From NCBI GenBank assembly GCA_964016885.1, contig OZ024741.1:156736001-156800000 (forward strand): a DNA stretch of 64,000 nucleotides, given 5' to 3'. This stretch comes from Eledone cirrhosa (lineage: Eukaryota). Every line of letters begins with the position of its first letter. The first letter of the stretch is position 1. Below the pieces are notes generated by a model that saw nothing but the letters and a program-made list of their open reading frames with translations, made no database searches and was not told the origin of the DNA. This document shows positions 41,493 through 60,185 of this stretch, piece after piece. The translations under genes and the position numbers were made by a program.

Positions 41493-41690
41493 AGGAAAAA
41501 GTAAGACCCCGACGGCTAGCTGAAGCCGTTTCGACGGCTATTTCTGGACTACAGAAATAGCCGTCGAAACGGCTTGAGCTCTGCCGTCGGGGTCTTACTT
41601 TCTCCTATTACCCACTCTACTACCCTAAGTATTGAGTACTCTGGTGCGTTATGGTCCATCTGGTTCCTTACCACAACTCCTCCGTTATAT
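41493..41690. mobile_element. Fold-back repeat family member
   Basis: 41493-41605 is a hairpin (agtaagaccccgacggc..gccgtcggggtcttact); the tail is homologous to 46161-46301. Confidence 0.75.
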
Positions 41691-41960
41691 ATATATATAT
41701 ATATATACCAGTGGCCTATACATATATATATAAATGGAGTCACAAAGCAGGCTTTGTTTAGAAACGGCTAGCGTATTTGACTAAATAAAATTAGTTGGAA
41801 TTTTAAAAAACTTTCTGAATGGAAAAAATGATACGAACCCACATCTTTGGTTTGCCGGATCAATGCACTAATGTGTTACCATTACACCAACACACCACCC
41901 ATGCTTCATTCCATACAATTAGAAACTATGTAACCATAGCAGGTTATGTATATAAATACG

Positions 41961-42050
<90 letters not shown>

Positions 42051-43720
42051 CGCACATGTGTGAGTGAGCGTATGTTTCATTGGCGCTGTTGTGTTTATAC
42101 TTCGTAAATTAGCGGTTCGACAAAAGTAAATTGATATAAGTATTAGAGTCAATATTACCGACTAAATCTCTACAAGGTGGTGCCCCAGCATGATCGCACT
42201 CTAATGACTGATACCTGTCAAAACTAAAGCAACAATACTTTTAATTATTCCACGTTGATAGCCAAGCTGTTGTCAATTCTTCTTCACTGCTTACATAATT
42301 GTTACGCAAAAAGAAATGACTCATCGGATCAAACCTAGAAAACTATGTTTCAATTGGTCTTTTCATGGTTTTTACTCTCTGCCCGTCGCAAAGGTACAGA
42401 ACTGTATCAGATACTGCAAAGCATCCCACCTGACTCTTTAACAATTCTGCCAATCTATCCCCACGCCTGCTGGACAGGTATTTTATTCATCGCCATCGAA
42501 GAGATGAATGACAGTTTATTTTGGTGATATTTTAACTCAAATGATCTAAGCTAGACAGCATTTAATCAGAAGGTCTAATGACCCTGCCAACCCGCCTTTA
42601 ATAACAATCGGTTGGTTCCTCAAATTTAACATATTTTCTCTTTCTTTTTTCAAAATTTGAATGTTTTTGCTGTCGCTTGGATATTTTTTCTTCACTTCCA
42701 AACTACAAAAAGGAAGGCACTAGTTGTTTTAACATTTCATAGCAACAGTTTTAGTTGGAAGTCATACGTTCTAATATTGCTTTCTTGTTCCTTGCTCCTT
42801 CTCTCTTCTTCTTTTATCATCTTCATCTTTGGTTTCATTTTCGTCTTCTTCTTCATCTTCTTCGTATTCTTTCTTTTATTCATTTTCTTCTGGCTTCCGT
42901 ATTATTTTTCTTTCTTTTCTTTTCGTTTCATTTATATTCTAGTTGTCTTCTTTCTTCTTCTAGCTTCTTCTTTGTCGTCTCTTCTTCTTTTCTTGTACTC
43001 TCCTCCTCCGCTACTGCTTTTTTTCTACTTCTTCTTCTAGTACTTTTTTTTTATTTTCTTCTTTTTCTTCTTCTTTACATTTCACAGAGCCTGACCAGGA
43101 AAAGACACGAAAATAAAAAATTAAAATTAAATAAAGTAATTACATCTGTCCCTCACGATTAAAGAAAACAGGAAGAACATCAAAAATAAGAATGAAAAAT
43201 TAGAAAAATACCATATTGAAAAACGTCATTAAAAAGGAAAAATATCAAGTGAAGTGTAATAAGGGTTATAGTTGGGAAAATATCGTCTGCTTAACAAAGC
43301 GGCGTCGAAGACGTATTGAATTATGCTAATGAACAATCTGAATACAGATTTTCGAAGAAGAAAAAGCAAAAAAGAATTATTCAATTCGAAAAGAAACTTC
43401 GAGAGTTTTATAAAAAAAAATGTGACAAACAATGTGCATACATTGCTGGCTGGTTAAGGACTTCGCTTCGCAATTTTAATTATGGTCGGAGGTTCAGTCC
43501 CGCCGTATGGTGGCACCATGGGTTAGTGACATTCCAGGTTGACCAATACCTTTTAAATAGAATTTGATACGCGGAAACTACAGAATCCCATTACTGATAT
43601 TGGTATTGGTAGTTCATAATAGCCTCCAAGGAAGCAGTGGAGGTGGTCGTGGTGGTAGGAAGGTCAGCTCTATTATTAAAGCTATGTGTGTATATGTATG
43701 TGCGCGCGTGTGTATGTGCA

Positions 43721-43830
<110 letters not shown>

Positions 43831-44358
43831 TGAGTGTGTGTGTGTCTGTCTGTGTGTGTTAATGCCTGCATTTGAGTTTATTTCCCGTGATGAATGGTTC
43901 GACAAAAAAAAAAAAGGAATCGATAAAATATGTATTAGATTTAAAAATAATAAGTACTAATGTCGATATGATCGACTAGAATTCCTTCATAGCGGTGTTC
44001 TAGCATTGACGTAGTCTAATGACAGAAATCAGTAAAAGGGTAAAATAATAAAAGTCAATTTGAATAGAAACTTCGAGAGCAAAAAAAGTTCAATAAACAA
44101 AATGGCATTGACCAGTCGGAAGTGCGCTGTAGGCATCGGTGCTTTAGAAAATATAAAACGGTTAGCGTTTATATATTGGATTATAAAGCATTTTATATTT
44201 CATTACATTTTGAAGTACAGCCTGTCAGTTTTCCAAGAGCTATTCAATAAATAAATAACCATAATAACGATTCAGTAAATCATTTCTTTATTTATTTTTG
44301 TTATTATTGCTATTATAATAAAAAAAAATTGTTATTATTATTATTGTTGTTGTTGCTA

Positions 44359-44790
44359 GGGCGGTGGATTGGTAATATCGGAAGAGGGTCGGATGACATG
44401 CTTTGAGTTACGGCCCTTTATGATCTGAGTTCAAATCACGCCGATGTTAACTTTGCCTTTCATCCTTACGGGGTTGATAAAATAAAGTACCAGTCACACA
44501 TTGGGGTCGATTTAATCGACTTTCCCCTCCCTCAAAATTGCTGGCCTTGTGCCTATATAAGAAGCAATTATTATTGTTGTTGTTAGGGCGGTGGATTGGT
44601 AATATCGGTAGAGGGTCGGACGACATGCTTTTCAGCATCGAGTTAAGGCCCTTTATGATCTGCGTTCAAATCACGCCGAGGTTAACTTTGCCTTTCATCG
44701 ATAAAATAAATTACCAGTCACGCACTGGGGTCGGTTTCATCGACTTCCTCCTCCCCCAAATTGCTGGCCTTGTGCCTATATCAGAAACCA
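44359..44790 (+). mobile_element. Two tandem tRNA-SINE family A copies
   Basis: gggcggtggattggtaatatcgg at 44359 and 44586, B-box gttcaaatc, (TTA/TTG)n tails. Confidence 0.85.
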
Positions 44791-45740
44791 GTATTATTGT
44801 TGTTGTTGTTGTTGTTGTTACTATTATTATTTTGTTTGTCTCTCGACACGTGTTACAGATCGCTCTCGTAAGTTTGTTGTTTTTCCCATTGTTATCCAAC
44901 GTAGTTTGTTAAACATTTGATATTCTTTTGCAGTTAAACAAACCAGTTTATTCGTGTGCTGGTGAGGTTTTCTCTACCTAAAGCCTTTAGAAGCTAAACC
45001 TGTTTTAGTTTCCCAAACACGCTCTTCAATTTGTTTTTAAAATAAGATGGTGAACAACGATTTTACATCTGCAAGGGAGAACAGCTCACTGTCCACAGGA
45101 TGGGTAGGCCGAAATTGACAAAACAATGGCAGCAGCAGCACCAACAACAATGCTACACGGGAAAATTATAAAATAAATTTCTCGTATTTAAAAAAGTCAA
45201 CACCACCGTCACCATCACAATAACTAACAAATAAAATAATCACTACAAAAATCAACAATAACACTAACATGAACACTGCCCCCACCACAACCATCACTGC
45301 AAGAAAAAAAATATAACAGAAGGAAAAAGCAAAAATAACTGTAACGCAGACAATTACAACACAAATCACAAAACAACAACAACAATACATTTGCAGCAAC
45401 AGTTGCCAAAGGAACAGAACATTTTAATATGAACATTTTAGAAAAAGACGTGTTTGGTTAAACTGATCCATCTAGAAAAACGCCGAACTAGAATTCGATT
45501 TAACCTTATGTCACGTGTTATCTTTCTGCACACATATTACCCCCACCCGTTTTTCTTGTAAGAATTTTCTCTATTACATTGTAGAGCTTAATCATAAATT
45601 ATTTAATTAATTAAAATGCTTTATAGTTCTCTACCCTTAGCTGTAGAACTCTCATACACGATTCAGAATCTCCTCGGAAGCAACTCCATTAGAATATAGC
45701 AAACTGATATATACTATATGAAAAAAAAATATATATATAT

Positions 45741-46301
45741 AACGAAGGAAATGTGGTAAGTAACCAGGTGGACCATAACGCACCAAAGTACTCAATACTT
45801 AGGGTAGTAGAGTGGATAATAGGAATGAGTAGGACCCTGACGGCTAATTAGCCGTCCATATTTACCCCATATTGTTTTACTTATTGTTTCGACTCCCCCC
45901 CTCCCCCCTAGTATCTTCTTTGACCTCATTCCCAGCTGTAGTTGGCACTATCAACGCACCACGACTGGGTTTCCTCCACCCCCTCTCCCTCTTTCTTCTA
46001 CTGACAGGTTCAGCTACCCCTTCCCTCCACAAATTGCCATGATAGAATTATTATGTCTCACAACAAACTTTTGACCAATCCTTGTGACAATCACTTTTTC
46101 CATATATGGAATTACCCCTGAGAAGCTCGGCTATTCAAATACCAGGATAAAATGTTTTCTTTAGTCCAGAATTAGCCGTCGAAACGGCTTGAGCTCAGCC
46201 GTCGGGATCCTACTCGTTCCTATTACCCACTCTACTACCCTAAGTATTGAGTACTTTTGTGCGTTATGGTCCACCTGGTTCTTTACCACATTTCCTTCGT
46301 T
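45741..46301. mobile_element. Element with ~105-bp terminal inverted repeats in (TA)n
   Basis: aacgaaggaaatgtggtaag..gacggct (45741-45846) is the near reverse complement of 46197-46301. Confidence 0.8.
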
Positions 46302-48168
46302 ATATATATATATATATGTATATGTATATAATTCATATATATATATATACATACACGGGAACGAAAAGATTGGTTTTCTAGTCTCCTGCCACCACGTAAA
46401 ATTTGTAAATCGGTGGCTAGTCGAGAGATAGAGTCGTATCGGGTGCCAGTTGCTAATCGCTTTTCCGTGTCGGTTGTCACAAACATTCATGACCGGCATG
46501 GGCTGGTGTTTGGGTTCTGTCGATCGATTGGCTATTGATTAGACGTTACCCGCTGATGAAGCCGCATAAGCCGATTGTGCATTGTTGCATAATATATGCA
46601 GACGGATGGTGCAGTGCACCTTACAGCTGCGTTAGTGCGGCCAAAACTCGAGTCCAGGAACTATTATAGCCACCCATTTTACGTGTGTTGTATTGAAGCG
46701 AATAACTATGTGTATACTCTGGGAATGTATCTTACATTGCCCATGGAGTACGCTGAGATACAACCGGTCCTGGCATTGATAAATATGCTTGTTCCATCAA
46801 CTCCTTATTACATATATATATAAATATTTGCTCTACGGTTCTTATATATTTGATATATATTTATCCTTATCGAGCCCTCTTTGGATTTTAGTCTTCAAAT
46901 TTTATTATTATTATTACTATATATATATATATATATATAAATTTCTATACTAAATTTCTATACTAAATCTATTAAACATACTATTATTTTGAAATTATAA
47001 CTTAAAATATTCTATAATATTTTAAAATTGGTTGCTTTTAAAGTTATATTGCTTATAATTATATTTCCAAATTGTAATATAATCCTTTTGTATTTTATGT
47101 ACTCAATTATACTATGTACTGTATTGATGTATACTTCTCTCTATATGTGAATATATATGTATATGTGTGTATTGACATACATGTACATATGTTCTATGCG
47201 TTTTTATGAATATATGTCTGTATGTATATGTATGCGTGATGCGTATCTACCTATTGGCTGAGGGTACACACACATGTGTATATATATATATATGTATATG
47301 TGAGAATTATATATGTGCATGTGCGTGTATATCCATACAATTTGATTGCACTTATGTATAGTGATTATCCCAATGATTCCTGACAGATAGACATATAATT
47401 AACAGCCATAAATTCATAACAGGTAATCTTATAAAACTTATATAAAAAAAAATGTATTTAATAACATAAAGTGTGTATAACATTTAATTAAAGAATCCTT
47501 TATGCTTTGTGTGTATATATTATATACGTAGTTAGATATGGTATGTATTTTATAAGTGTGTATATATATTTATATGTATTTTTGCGTGTGTATACGTGTT
47601 ATATGATATGTAGTGCTCTAGCAATATATGGATTTCTTAATGTATAGATCCCAATTTTTAATATATTGATCTCAATTTTTAAATGATTAACTAAACATCT
47701 AATCATATTTAAACACTGATTAATTTCTCATATTATATATGTATATTCCATTCATGATTATTAACATTTCTAATTTTATTTATTCATTTCATCTCAATTG
47801 TTAAGTTAACTCAACAAGATATGACTTAGAGTTTTCGTTCTCTCCCCTTCTCTCTGTCTCCTCTCTCTATACATATATCTTTCTCTCTCTGATGTTTTGA
47901 TATCTCTCTCTCTGTTCTCTCTTTTTTCTCTCTTTTTTTTCTCTTTTTTTCTCTCTTTTTTTCTCTCTTTTTTCTTTCTTTCTCTCTTTTTCTCTCTCTC
48001 CTTCATTTTCTTTCTTTCTCTGTAACCCAACGGCTTATTTTAAAAATAAAAATATCCAATACTAATAATAATATAAGTAAACAACTCCACTATCCGGGAG
48101 CTTCCAACAGTAATGGTTGCATTTTTTAAGGGTATGTCAATATTTATTTATAAAACTGATCTATATTA

Positions 48169-48233
48169 TATTTTGTCTGATGAAAGCACACCATAATTTA
48201 ACTTGGTGTCTTTGAAATATGTATAATGAAATA
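48169..48233 (+). ncRNA. Type I hammerhead ribozyme, same family as 25276
   Basis: tattttgt CTGATGA aagcacacca..tggtgtcttt GAAA tatgta TA atgaaata. The downstream tail matches 25337-25375. Confidence 0.72.
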
Positions 48234-48273
48234 AATATGGTTTTATAAATATAGTTTCCATTTGTTAAAATCG

Positions 48274-48305
<32 letters not shown>

Positions 48306-50281
48306 CATCTAGCTTTTTAAGTCAGACTGAACGACTTCCAAAGTTAAAACCACGTGATTTTTATATTTTATAATATAAACATGTCATTTTGCTGTAAGAG
48401 TTTTACTGTATGGTAATTTCACTTGTGTAATTTACCAATGGGTAGATGTGGTCATTTGTAAACCATGATGTAATAAGTTAAGGCCCTAGACGTTATGCAA
48501 ATCATCCATCGTAGATGTGATATCTCATGGTTGGCGCAGGACTAGAGTTAAATATTTATTTAAAACCAACTGAAGGCCGGAATCGAAATAATTCTCTAAT
48601 ACTGCAAATATACAATACGTTTTTCCATGGCGTAAAACTTTGGTGACGTCATCAGGTGTAGATTGCAAATATTAGATAATCGTTAACAGGATTGCAGCAT
48701 ACACGAACAGAGAATAAACTCGATACAGAGACGTCCCTCTAATTTAAAGTTATTGTTGTAGCAAACTTTCACCGTGTGCCATTCGCTTTGGATGAAAAAG
48801 AGGAAAAAAAGAGAAAAATAAGTTAAAACTCTCCGACGTTATTTCTTTATCAGGCGAGTACAATAGTAGATAGAATAGAATTTGTTTTATTGAATATAGA
48901 AAAGGGTGAAAAGTGAGTGTGTGTGCGTTGTTTTAAATGTTTGGAGTGTATCTGCATATATATTAATGGAACGGCCTATACATTATTCGTATCTAAATGT
49001 GTCGGGCTTTATTATCATTGCATATGTGTCTTGTTTGTCTGTGTATGTATCAAATATAAAATAAATTATTAGTGACAAATATGTATATTTTCATTATGTA
49101 TCCATTCATTAAAAAAAAAACGAAACTCAACCTCAAGGTGAACTAGCTGAAATTGAAATAAACAAAACAGGCAGGTAAATTGCCATAGCAGCCACACGAT
49201 ACAACGCTAAGTGACAAATGCATGTGTATATGTGCAACAATGTTGTATCCGTGTCGGTTAGTGTGTAGATGCGTGAGGGTACTTGATGCGGAGGGACGAG
49301 CAGATTAGAGGAATAGGGGTAGATGTATCTAGAAAAATAGCCTCTGTACCCTCTGGTGGCGCGGGTTTGCGGGTCTAGTGTAAGAAGCAAGCCCGAACAC
49401 TGTACGCTGACATGTAGAATGATCGGCAGTGCGGAAATGTCGGGCCCCCGAGGACAGGTTGCCGACCCGGATGTCTCGCAGATGTTCTGCAAATCTGTCG
49501 GTCGGTCGACGGCCAGTCAGATCTATGTATATGGAATTGCATAACGTTCACCGGAGCCCAATGTCGAGATTTGTGGAAGTGCAGCTGAAAGGGTCTCTAA
49601 TCGTGCATAATCTGTATAGCTCCGGCTATTATCTACTCCCTAAGAACATATAATTCAGAGTAGACACTTCGCGTTAATTAGTAAATAAAACGGCTGCATA
49701 CACCAAGACAATACAGTTTCCATGTTACCTTCCATGTACAACATTTGCATGAGCAAGAAGTCATGCAATGCTTCAAAATATTACACAACCAGACTAAGGT
49801 AACTTTTGCTCAGCAGAACTGAAGTTCAAATCCAGGCGGAGGATTTATCCCAGCGACTGGTACTCTCGAACTGGTATATAATGATAATGATTTCTCATTT
49901 AGGTACAAAGGCTAATACTTTTGGAGGGGGGTCGATTAAATCAACCCCAGTCTGTTATTGGTACTTCATTTTATCGACTACGTAAGTATGAAAGGCGAAG
50001 CTAACATCGGCGCGATTTGAAATCAGAACGTAAAGGGACGTAACTATTTGACTCAAAGCACGTCCGACGTTCTACCAACACTGTTAATCATAATTATAAT
50101 GATAGTAGTTTCAGAGAATAGCAGAATTATGTGACCTTATATGGTCGAAATTGGGCCTTGAAACCGTAGGTAGCGCTTTTGTTACGGGTATGAACGTAAA
50201 TAAATTATATAAATATCTATATATATGTGTATGTGTGTGTATGTGTGTGTGTGTGTATGTGTGTGTATATATATATACATA

Positions 50282-50729
50282 TAAAATAAAGTAAAATAAA
50301 TAAGTCAAATGTTTAAAATTTAGCTTCTTTTATTACTGCTATATATATTTCGGTGACAGCCATCTTTGGCTGTGACCTCTTCAGACAGTCCGAATTAGTG
50401 TGGTATAGACAAGTACATATATTGTTGAGGTGTATAATTTTGTCAATACTCTGATATGCCCAGTTCCTGGTTGGGTTGTTATTTCACTGAGGAACTGGAA
50501 TCAATTATGATTCCAGTTCCTCAGTGAAATAACAACCCAACCAGGAACTGGGCATATCAGAGTATTGACAAAATTATACACCTCAACAATATATGTACTT
50601 GTCTATACCACACTAATTCGGACTGTCTGAAGAGGTCACAGCCAAAGATGGCTGTCACCGAAATATATATAGCAGTAATAAAAGAAGCTAAATTTTAAAC
50701 ATTTGACTTATTTATTTTACTTTATTTTA
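50282..50729. repeat. 448-bp perfect fold-back (222-bp arms, 4-nt loop) with a hammerhead in each arm
   Basis: Centre ggaatca-atta-tgattcc at 50504-50507. HHRs at 50622-50676(+) and 50335-50389(-). Confidence 0.92.
50622..50676 (+). ncRNA. Type I hammerhead ribozyme (mirror copy at 50335-50389, minus strand)
   Basis: actgt CTGAAGA ggtcacagcca-aaga-tggctgtcacc GAAA tatata TA gcagt. Confidence 0.82.
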
Positions 50730-50822
50730 CATTACTTCGAAGTAACCAAACCAACCTGCGCACTTCGTCGAGTGCTCCAGCCTGCATACTGAGGTGTTGG
50801 TATACAACCAAGATATACTAAA

Positions 50823-50881
<59 letters not shown>

Positions 50882-51010
50882 TATATACAGTAAAATTCCG
50901 TTATAACGAAATTCTCGGGATATAAAAAAATAATCGTTGTAACGAAAAATTCTTTATAACGAGATCGACCTAACATATTGAAAAATTTCGTTATAGAGAA
51001 AAATTCGTTA

Positions 51011-51133
51011 TAATTGTTTCTACTTTTGGCACAAGGCCAGCAATTATCCCAGTACATTACTGGTACTTTATTTAATCGACCCCGTAAGGATGAAAGGCAA
51101 AGTAAACCTCGGCGGGAATTGAACTCAGATCGT
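51011..51133 (-). mobile_element. Truncated SINE, family A
   Basis: Homology to 2682-2805. Confidence 0.8.
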
Positions 51134-51532
51134 ATTTACCTGTATATATATCGATGCTCCACAGCAGCTGTAACTTCGATTTAAACACACATATATATAT
51201 ATAAATAGTTTTATTAACATCGAGTTAGTGTTTCACCTGTGTATTTACAGCAGCAACAACTATATGACTGTCTGGTGAGCATAGCATGACTGTACTATAA
51301 CGGCATAAAAGGTTTTACAATGACATACGGTTGAATAAATTTGCATTGTTTCTTTCATCCCAACTAATTACATAAAAGTATATTACTCTGTAATAATGCA
51401 ACTTCAATGACAGTAAAGCTAGTTATTTCTCTTCCGCGTGTTTTAAAAAGTTATATACTGAGACAGAGAAATATGCCTTATATATATATATACACGCATA
51501 TACAAGCACACATACACGTACACACACACACG

Positions 51533-51620
<88 letters not shown>

Positions 51621-51774
51621 GATGCAGTGAGAGAGAGAGAAAGAGGGAAGGGAGGGTAATAAAAGACGTGACTTTACAAGCAGGATTCGAAATATCCATT
51701 AAAAATGTTATACCAATCTAGGTTTCATGTTGAGTAAAATTTTCTTGTATTCTTGTATGCACAAACATACGCTC

Positions 51775-51894
<120 letters not shown>

Positions 51895-51909
51895 GAGAGA
51901 GAGAGACAG

Positions 51910-51976
<67 letters not shown>

Positions 51977-51979
<3 letters not shown>

Positions 51980-52635
51980 AAAAGAATGAAACGAAATTTC
52001 ATTTCTCACTCTTAGTACGGCTCATACCTAAATATAAGTATGTATACGTACATACATATATGTGTACAGACGTACAGGAGTATGTATATATATACATACA
52101 TGCACACATATATCTATGTACGTATGTGTTTACCGAACATTTATGATAATGTTCGGTTTGTTTGTAAACAAACAGCCCGAATTACGCCGTACATTGCTCA
52201 GCAACCATCGTTGCCCTTTTATTCAACACTGTTACAGGAACGATGTACTAGTTTCAAGCTTATTAGCTATCGTCAGCATCGTATACCTTTCTGTCAGATG
52301 ATTGAACGTTTGAAAGTATATACTTTCCTTATGCATATTAACAGCTGAGTAGCCTAATTTGCATATCGAGTGATAAGTCGGCCGGGCGTGCCGAAAACGA
52401 TAAATGGAAAAGAATGAAACGAAATTTTATTTCTCACTCTTAGTACGGCTGATACCTAAATATAAGTATGTATACGTACATACATATATGTGTACAGACG
52501 TACAGTAGTATGTATATATATATATATATATATATACATACATGCACACATATATCTATGTACGTATGTGTTTACCGAACATTTATTATAATGTTCGGTT
52601 TGTTTGTAAACAAACAGCCCGAATTACGCCGTACA
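51977..52635 (-). mobile_element. Retrozyme-like family 2, second locus (period about 428 bp)
   Basis: Duplicated block at 52040 and 52468; reverse-complement homolog of 30578-31195. Confidence 0.75.
52241..52281 (-). ncRNA. Type I hammerhead ribozyme
   Basis: cgatg CTGACGA t-agct-aata-agct-t GAAA ctag TA catcg. Confidence 0.82.
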
Positions 52636-52820
52636 ATCGCCACCGGCTAATGCGAGAAGGTTCTCCAGGAAAGTTAACCAGGAATCTTTAAATACCCCCC
52701 CCCTCCACGAAGTTAACAAAGAACTTACTAGATCTACAAACCAAATTATGAAATCATAATATTATAAAATTAAAGTAAATTGTTTAAAACTACAAGTGAA
52801 GTCATTATTTTATTTGTTTA

Positions 52821-56520
<3,700 letters not shown>

Positions 56521-56869
56521 CAAATATACTATACGTACATTCATATATAAACTCTCACAACTCAGTGATCTAGCTACTACGAAACTAGTAAAGAGCGCCT
56601 CTAAAACGTCTAATCTTCGCGGATCTGAGACACGTGCCTAATTTGTGCCTGGAGCGAATGGGGCCACATAAACACTGCAATATGGATGGAAACAATAAAT
56701 ACATCTATACCGCATCGTCCTTCGCATGAGGTAACAAGGGACGCGTTCAGACATTAGGTAGAAAAATATATTGCAGTCTCTACCCAACTCTGCAAGAACG
56801 TGTGATGGACCTGCGATATGGGAGGCATGGAATGGAAACACATCTCCAAGCCCCAGAAAGGGTCCGGAA

Positions 56870-57770
56870 GGGAGAAAACCTTGACAATTCATAACTTACA
56901 AACCTTACAGGCAAGGAGCAGGAAATAGTGGAGAAGACTAAATGCTACCGGCTAGATATAGTCGGGGTTTCCTGGTACATTCAATTTGTTTGGAAGATGG
57001 AAACTACATTATTCAGCTGTGGCGCCACAAAATATTCCACAGGCAGGAATGATGATATTCAAAAGCCAGTCACTGTCAGTGTGTTATGAACTGGATCCCA
57101 TTGGGAGAGAAGATTTGCCTCCTGAAGCTTACGCTGAAATCTAGTTCACTGTGGATGGTGCAAGTTTATGCGTCAACCAGAGAGCCCGAATACAAATCCT
57201 TCCTCGGTGAAGTCACTTCAGAGTTCAATGTTGTTAAGACTGAGTCGGAAGACTTCAATGCACATGTTGGCACTGACTATCTGACATGGAAATGAGTGAT
57301 TGGAAGGAACAGTGATCCCGATCAAAATATGAATGGAGAGGCCTTAGTAGCCCTCTATTTCAGTAATAGGATCTCTATTATGAGCAATTTCCAGCACAAA
57401 GATCCATAAATACACATTGTATAATTGATTTTTTTATTGTCTCCGATCTTTTTGATTCTGTGCTGGATGTTCGTGATAAGCGAGGGACTGAGCTCTCAAC
57501 TAATCACCATGTAGTTTTCTGCAGCCTGAGACTACCTGGGGCCAACAGAGTCCACCAAACTTATAGGTCTAGCCAGATCTACGGGATAAAGTGGGAAGCC
57601 CTGGCAAATAAGGAAGTTATAAACAGGTTTACTGATACAATTGTATTCATATTCAAAGAATTCTCTGGGCAAACTGAAGATGTTCAAAGGGGGTGGGGAC
57701 TGTTCAGCCCGGAAGTTTCTGCTTCAGCTGTTAAATGCTGTGGGCGAATCCAGCTTGGTGTGGCACTCTC
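56870..57770 (+). pseudogene. Degenerate APE endonuclease of an RTE-clade LINE
   Basis: Fragments translate to LTGKEQEIVEKTKCYRLDIVGVS, VQVYA, EDFNAHVG and LDVRDKRGTELSTNHHVV, as in Rex3/Expander-type RTEs; multiple stops and frameshifts. Confidence 0.75.
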
Positions 57771-58046
57771 AAGAAGAAGAAGAAGAAGAAGAAGAAGAAG
57801 AAGAAGAAGAAGAAGAAGAAGAAGAAGAAGAAGAAGAAGAAGAAGAAGAAGAAGAAGAAGAAGAAGAAGAAGAAGAAGAAGAAGAAGAAGACGACGACGA
57901 CGACGAAGAAGAAGAAGAAGAAGACGACGACGACGACGACGAAGAAGAAGAAGAAGAAGAAGAAGAAGAAGAAGAAGAAGAAGAAGAAGAAGAAGAAGAA
58001 GAAGAAGAAGAAGAAGAAGAAGAAGAAGAAGAAGAAGAAGAAGAAG

Positions 58047-58076
<30 letters not shown>
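57771..58076. repeat. (GAA)n microsatellite with (GAC)n interruptions
   Basis: Direct run. Confidence 0.95.
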
Positions 58077-58077
<1 letters not shown>

Positions 58078-58570
58078 GGTGGGCGGTTTTCTGCTAGCAA
58101 ATCTAGTGTATATACTGATATTGTTGAGATTTGGATGAGAAAACTTTCGGCATGTATAAATATATATGTTATCTATACGGTAAAATCTTTGAAATAAATA
58201 TAGGTTAAAACGAAAAAGGAGAAAAAGAGATTAGTGACGGATATATAAACGTTATGATACATAAACGTTATGATATAACGATGGAAATATATCTTCAAAT
58301 GGTCCTTGGCATGGTGTCAAGTCAGAACCGCCTCGAACTGGTTACTTCTGGCTTGTGCAAGGTGTCTCTATAGCAACCAGCGATTCCCTCGGCCTCAGTG
58401 ACCAAAGTCAGTGGAGAGGGAAGGTAATGTTTCTATAGCGACAGTGTTTCTCTTGGTAGTACCAAAGTGGAGAAAGGAAGGGGAAGGTAATATTTCTGTA
58501 GCACCTACATTTGAGTTTTAGGGAAGGACAGACAGACAGACAGTCAAACAGAGAAATGACAATATATTTC

Positions 58571-58631
<61 letters not shown>

Positions 58632-58661
58632 CACACACAGAAATGTATATATATTTCTGTG

Positions 58662-58723
<62 letters not shown>

Positions 58724-60067
58724 TATATATTACACACACAGAAATGTATATATATTTCTGTGTGTATATATATTTCTGTGTGTGTATATATATATATATA
58801 TATTACACACACAGAAATGTATATATATTTCTTAGAACAAAATTATTATTAATGTTTTGCTGTTCATAACAATTGGAATTGAAAAATTACTTTTGAAATT
58901 ATTAGTTATACAGACTAAAAGAGAGGGATAGCTGGAGAGAGAGAGAGATAGCAACAGATACAGTACCGTAGCTAAGGGATGTATATACATTTCTGTGTGT
59001 ATATATATATACATTTCTGTGTGTGTAATATATATATACACACAGAAATATATATACATTTCTGTGTGTGTAATATATATATACATATATACACACACGG
59101 AAATATATATATATATTTCTGTGTGTGTATATATATATATATATTACACACACAGAAATGTATATATATATTTCTGTGTGTGTATATATATATTACACAC
59201 ATAGAAATGTATATATATTTCTGTGTGTATATATATATATATTACACACACAGAAATGTATATATATTTCTGTGTGTATATATATATATTTCTGTGTGTG
59301 TATATATATATATTACACACACACAGAAATGTATATATGTTTCTGTAGCACTCCTCAATTCCCCCCTCTATCCCTCCCGCTATCCCCCTCTTGTAGTCTG
59401 TCTCTTTCTTTCACTCTCACTCTCTCTCTCTACGCGTCGCGTGTGCAAAAAACATTCGCACGCGCGCACGTGTTTCTACTGTCGGACAGACAGACAGAGA
59501 AATTGCTGGTTATATATATAAGTAGACTAGCAGAAAACCACCCGGTGGGCGGTTTTCTGCTAGCAAATCTAGTTTATATACCGATATTGTTGAGATTTGG
59601 ATGAGAAATGTTTTCGGCACCATATGTTCACCGTCTCTCGGTGTGTCTTTTATGCATGTATAAATATATATGTTATCTACACGGTGAAATCTTTGAAATA
59701 AATATATGTTAAAACAAAAAAGGAGAAAAAGAGATTAGTGACGGATATATAAACGTTATGATACATAAACGTTATGATATAACGATGGAAATATATCTTC
59801 AAATGGTCCTTGGCATGGTGTCAAGTCAGAACCGCCTCGAACTGGTTATTTCTGGCTTGTGAAAGGTGTCTCTATAGCAGCCAGCGATTCCCTCGGCCTC
59901 AGTGACCAAAGTCAGTGGAGAAGGGAAGGTAATGTTTCTATAGCGACAGTGTTTCTCTTGGTAGTACCAGAGTGGAGAAAGGAAGGGGAAGGTAATATTT
60001 CTGTAGCACTTACATTTGAGTTTTAGGGAAGGACAGACAGACAAACAGAGAAATGCCCATATATTTC

Positions 60068-60120
<53 letters not shown>

Positions 60121-60146
60121 CACACACAGAAATGTATATATATTTC

Positions 60147-60185
<39 letters not shown>

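Noticed and set aside
44359-44445. tRNA gene
   Set aside because: A and B boxes are present, but there is no cloverleaf and it continues into a multi-copy SINE body.
46553-46585. CTGATGA agccgcataagcc motif
   Set aside because: No GAAA and no stem I or III pairing.
57460-58197. Poly-Arg, poly-Glu and poly-Lys ORFs
   Set aside because: (GAA)n read-through from a decayed LINE endonuclease.
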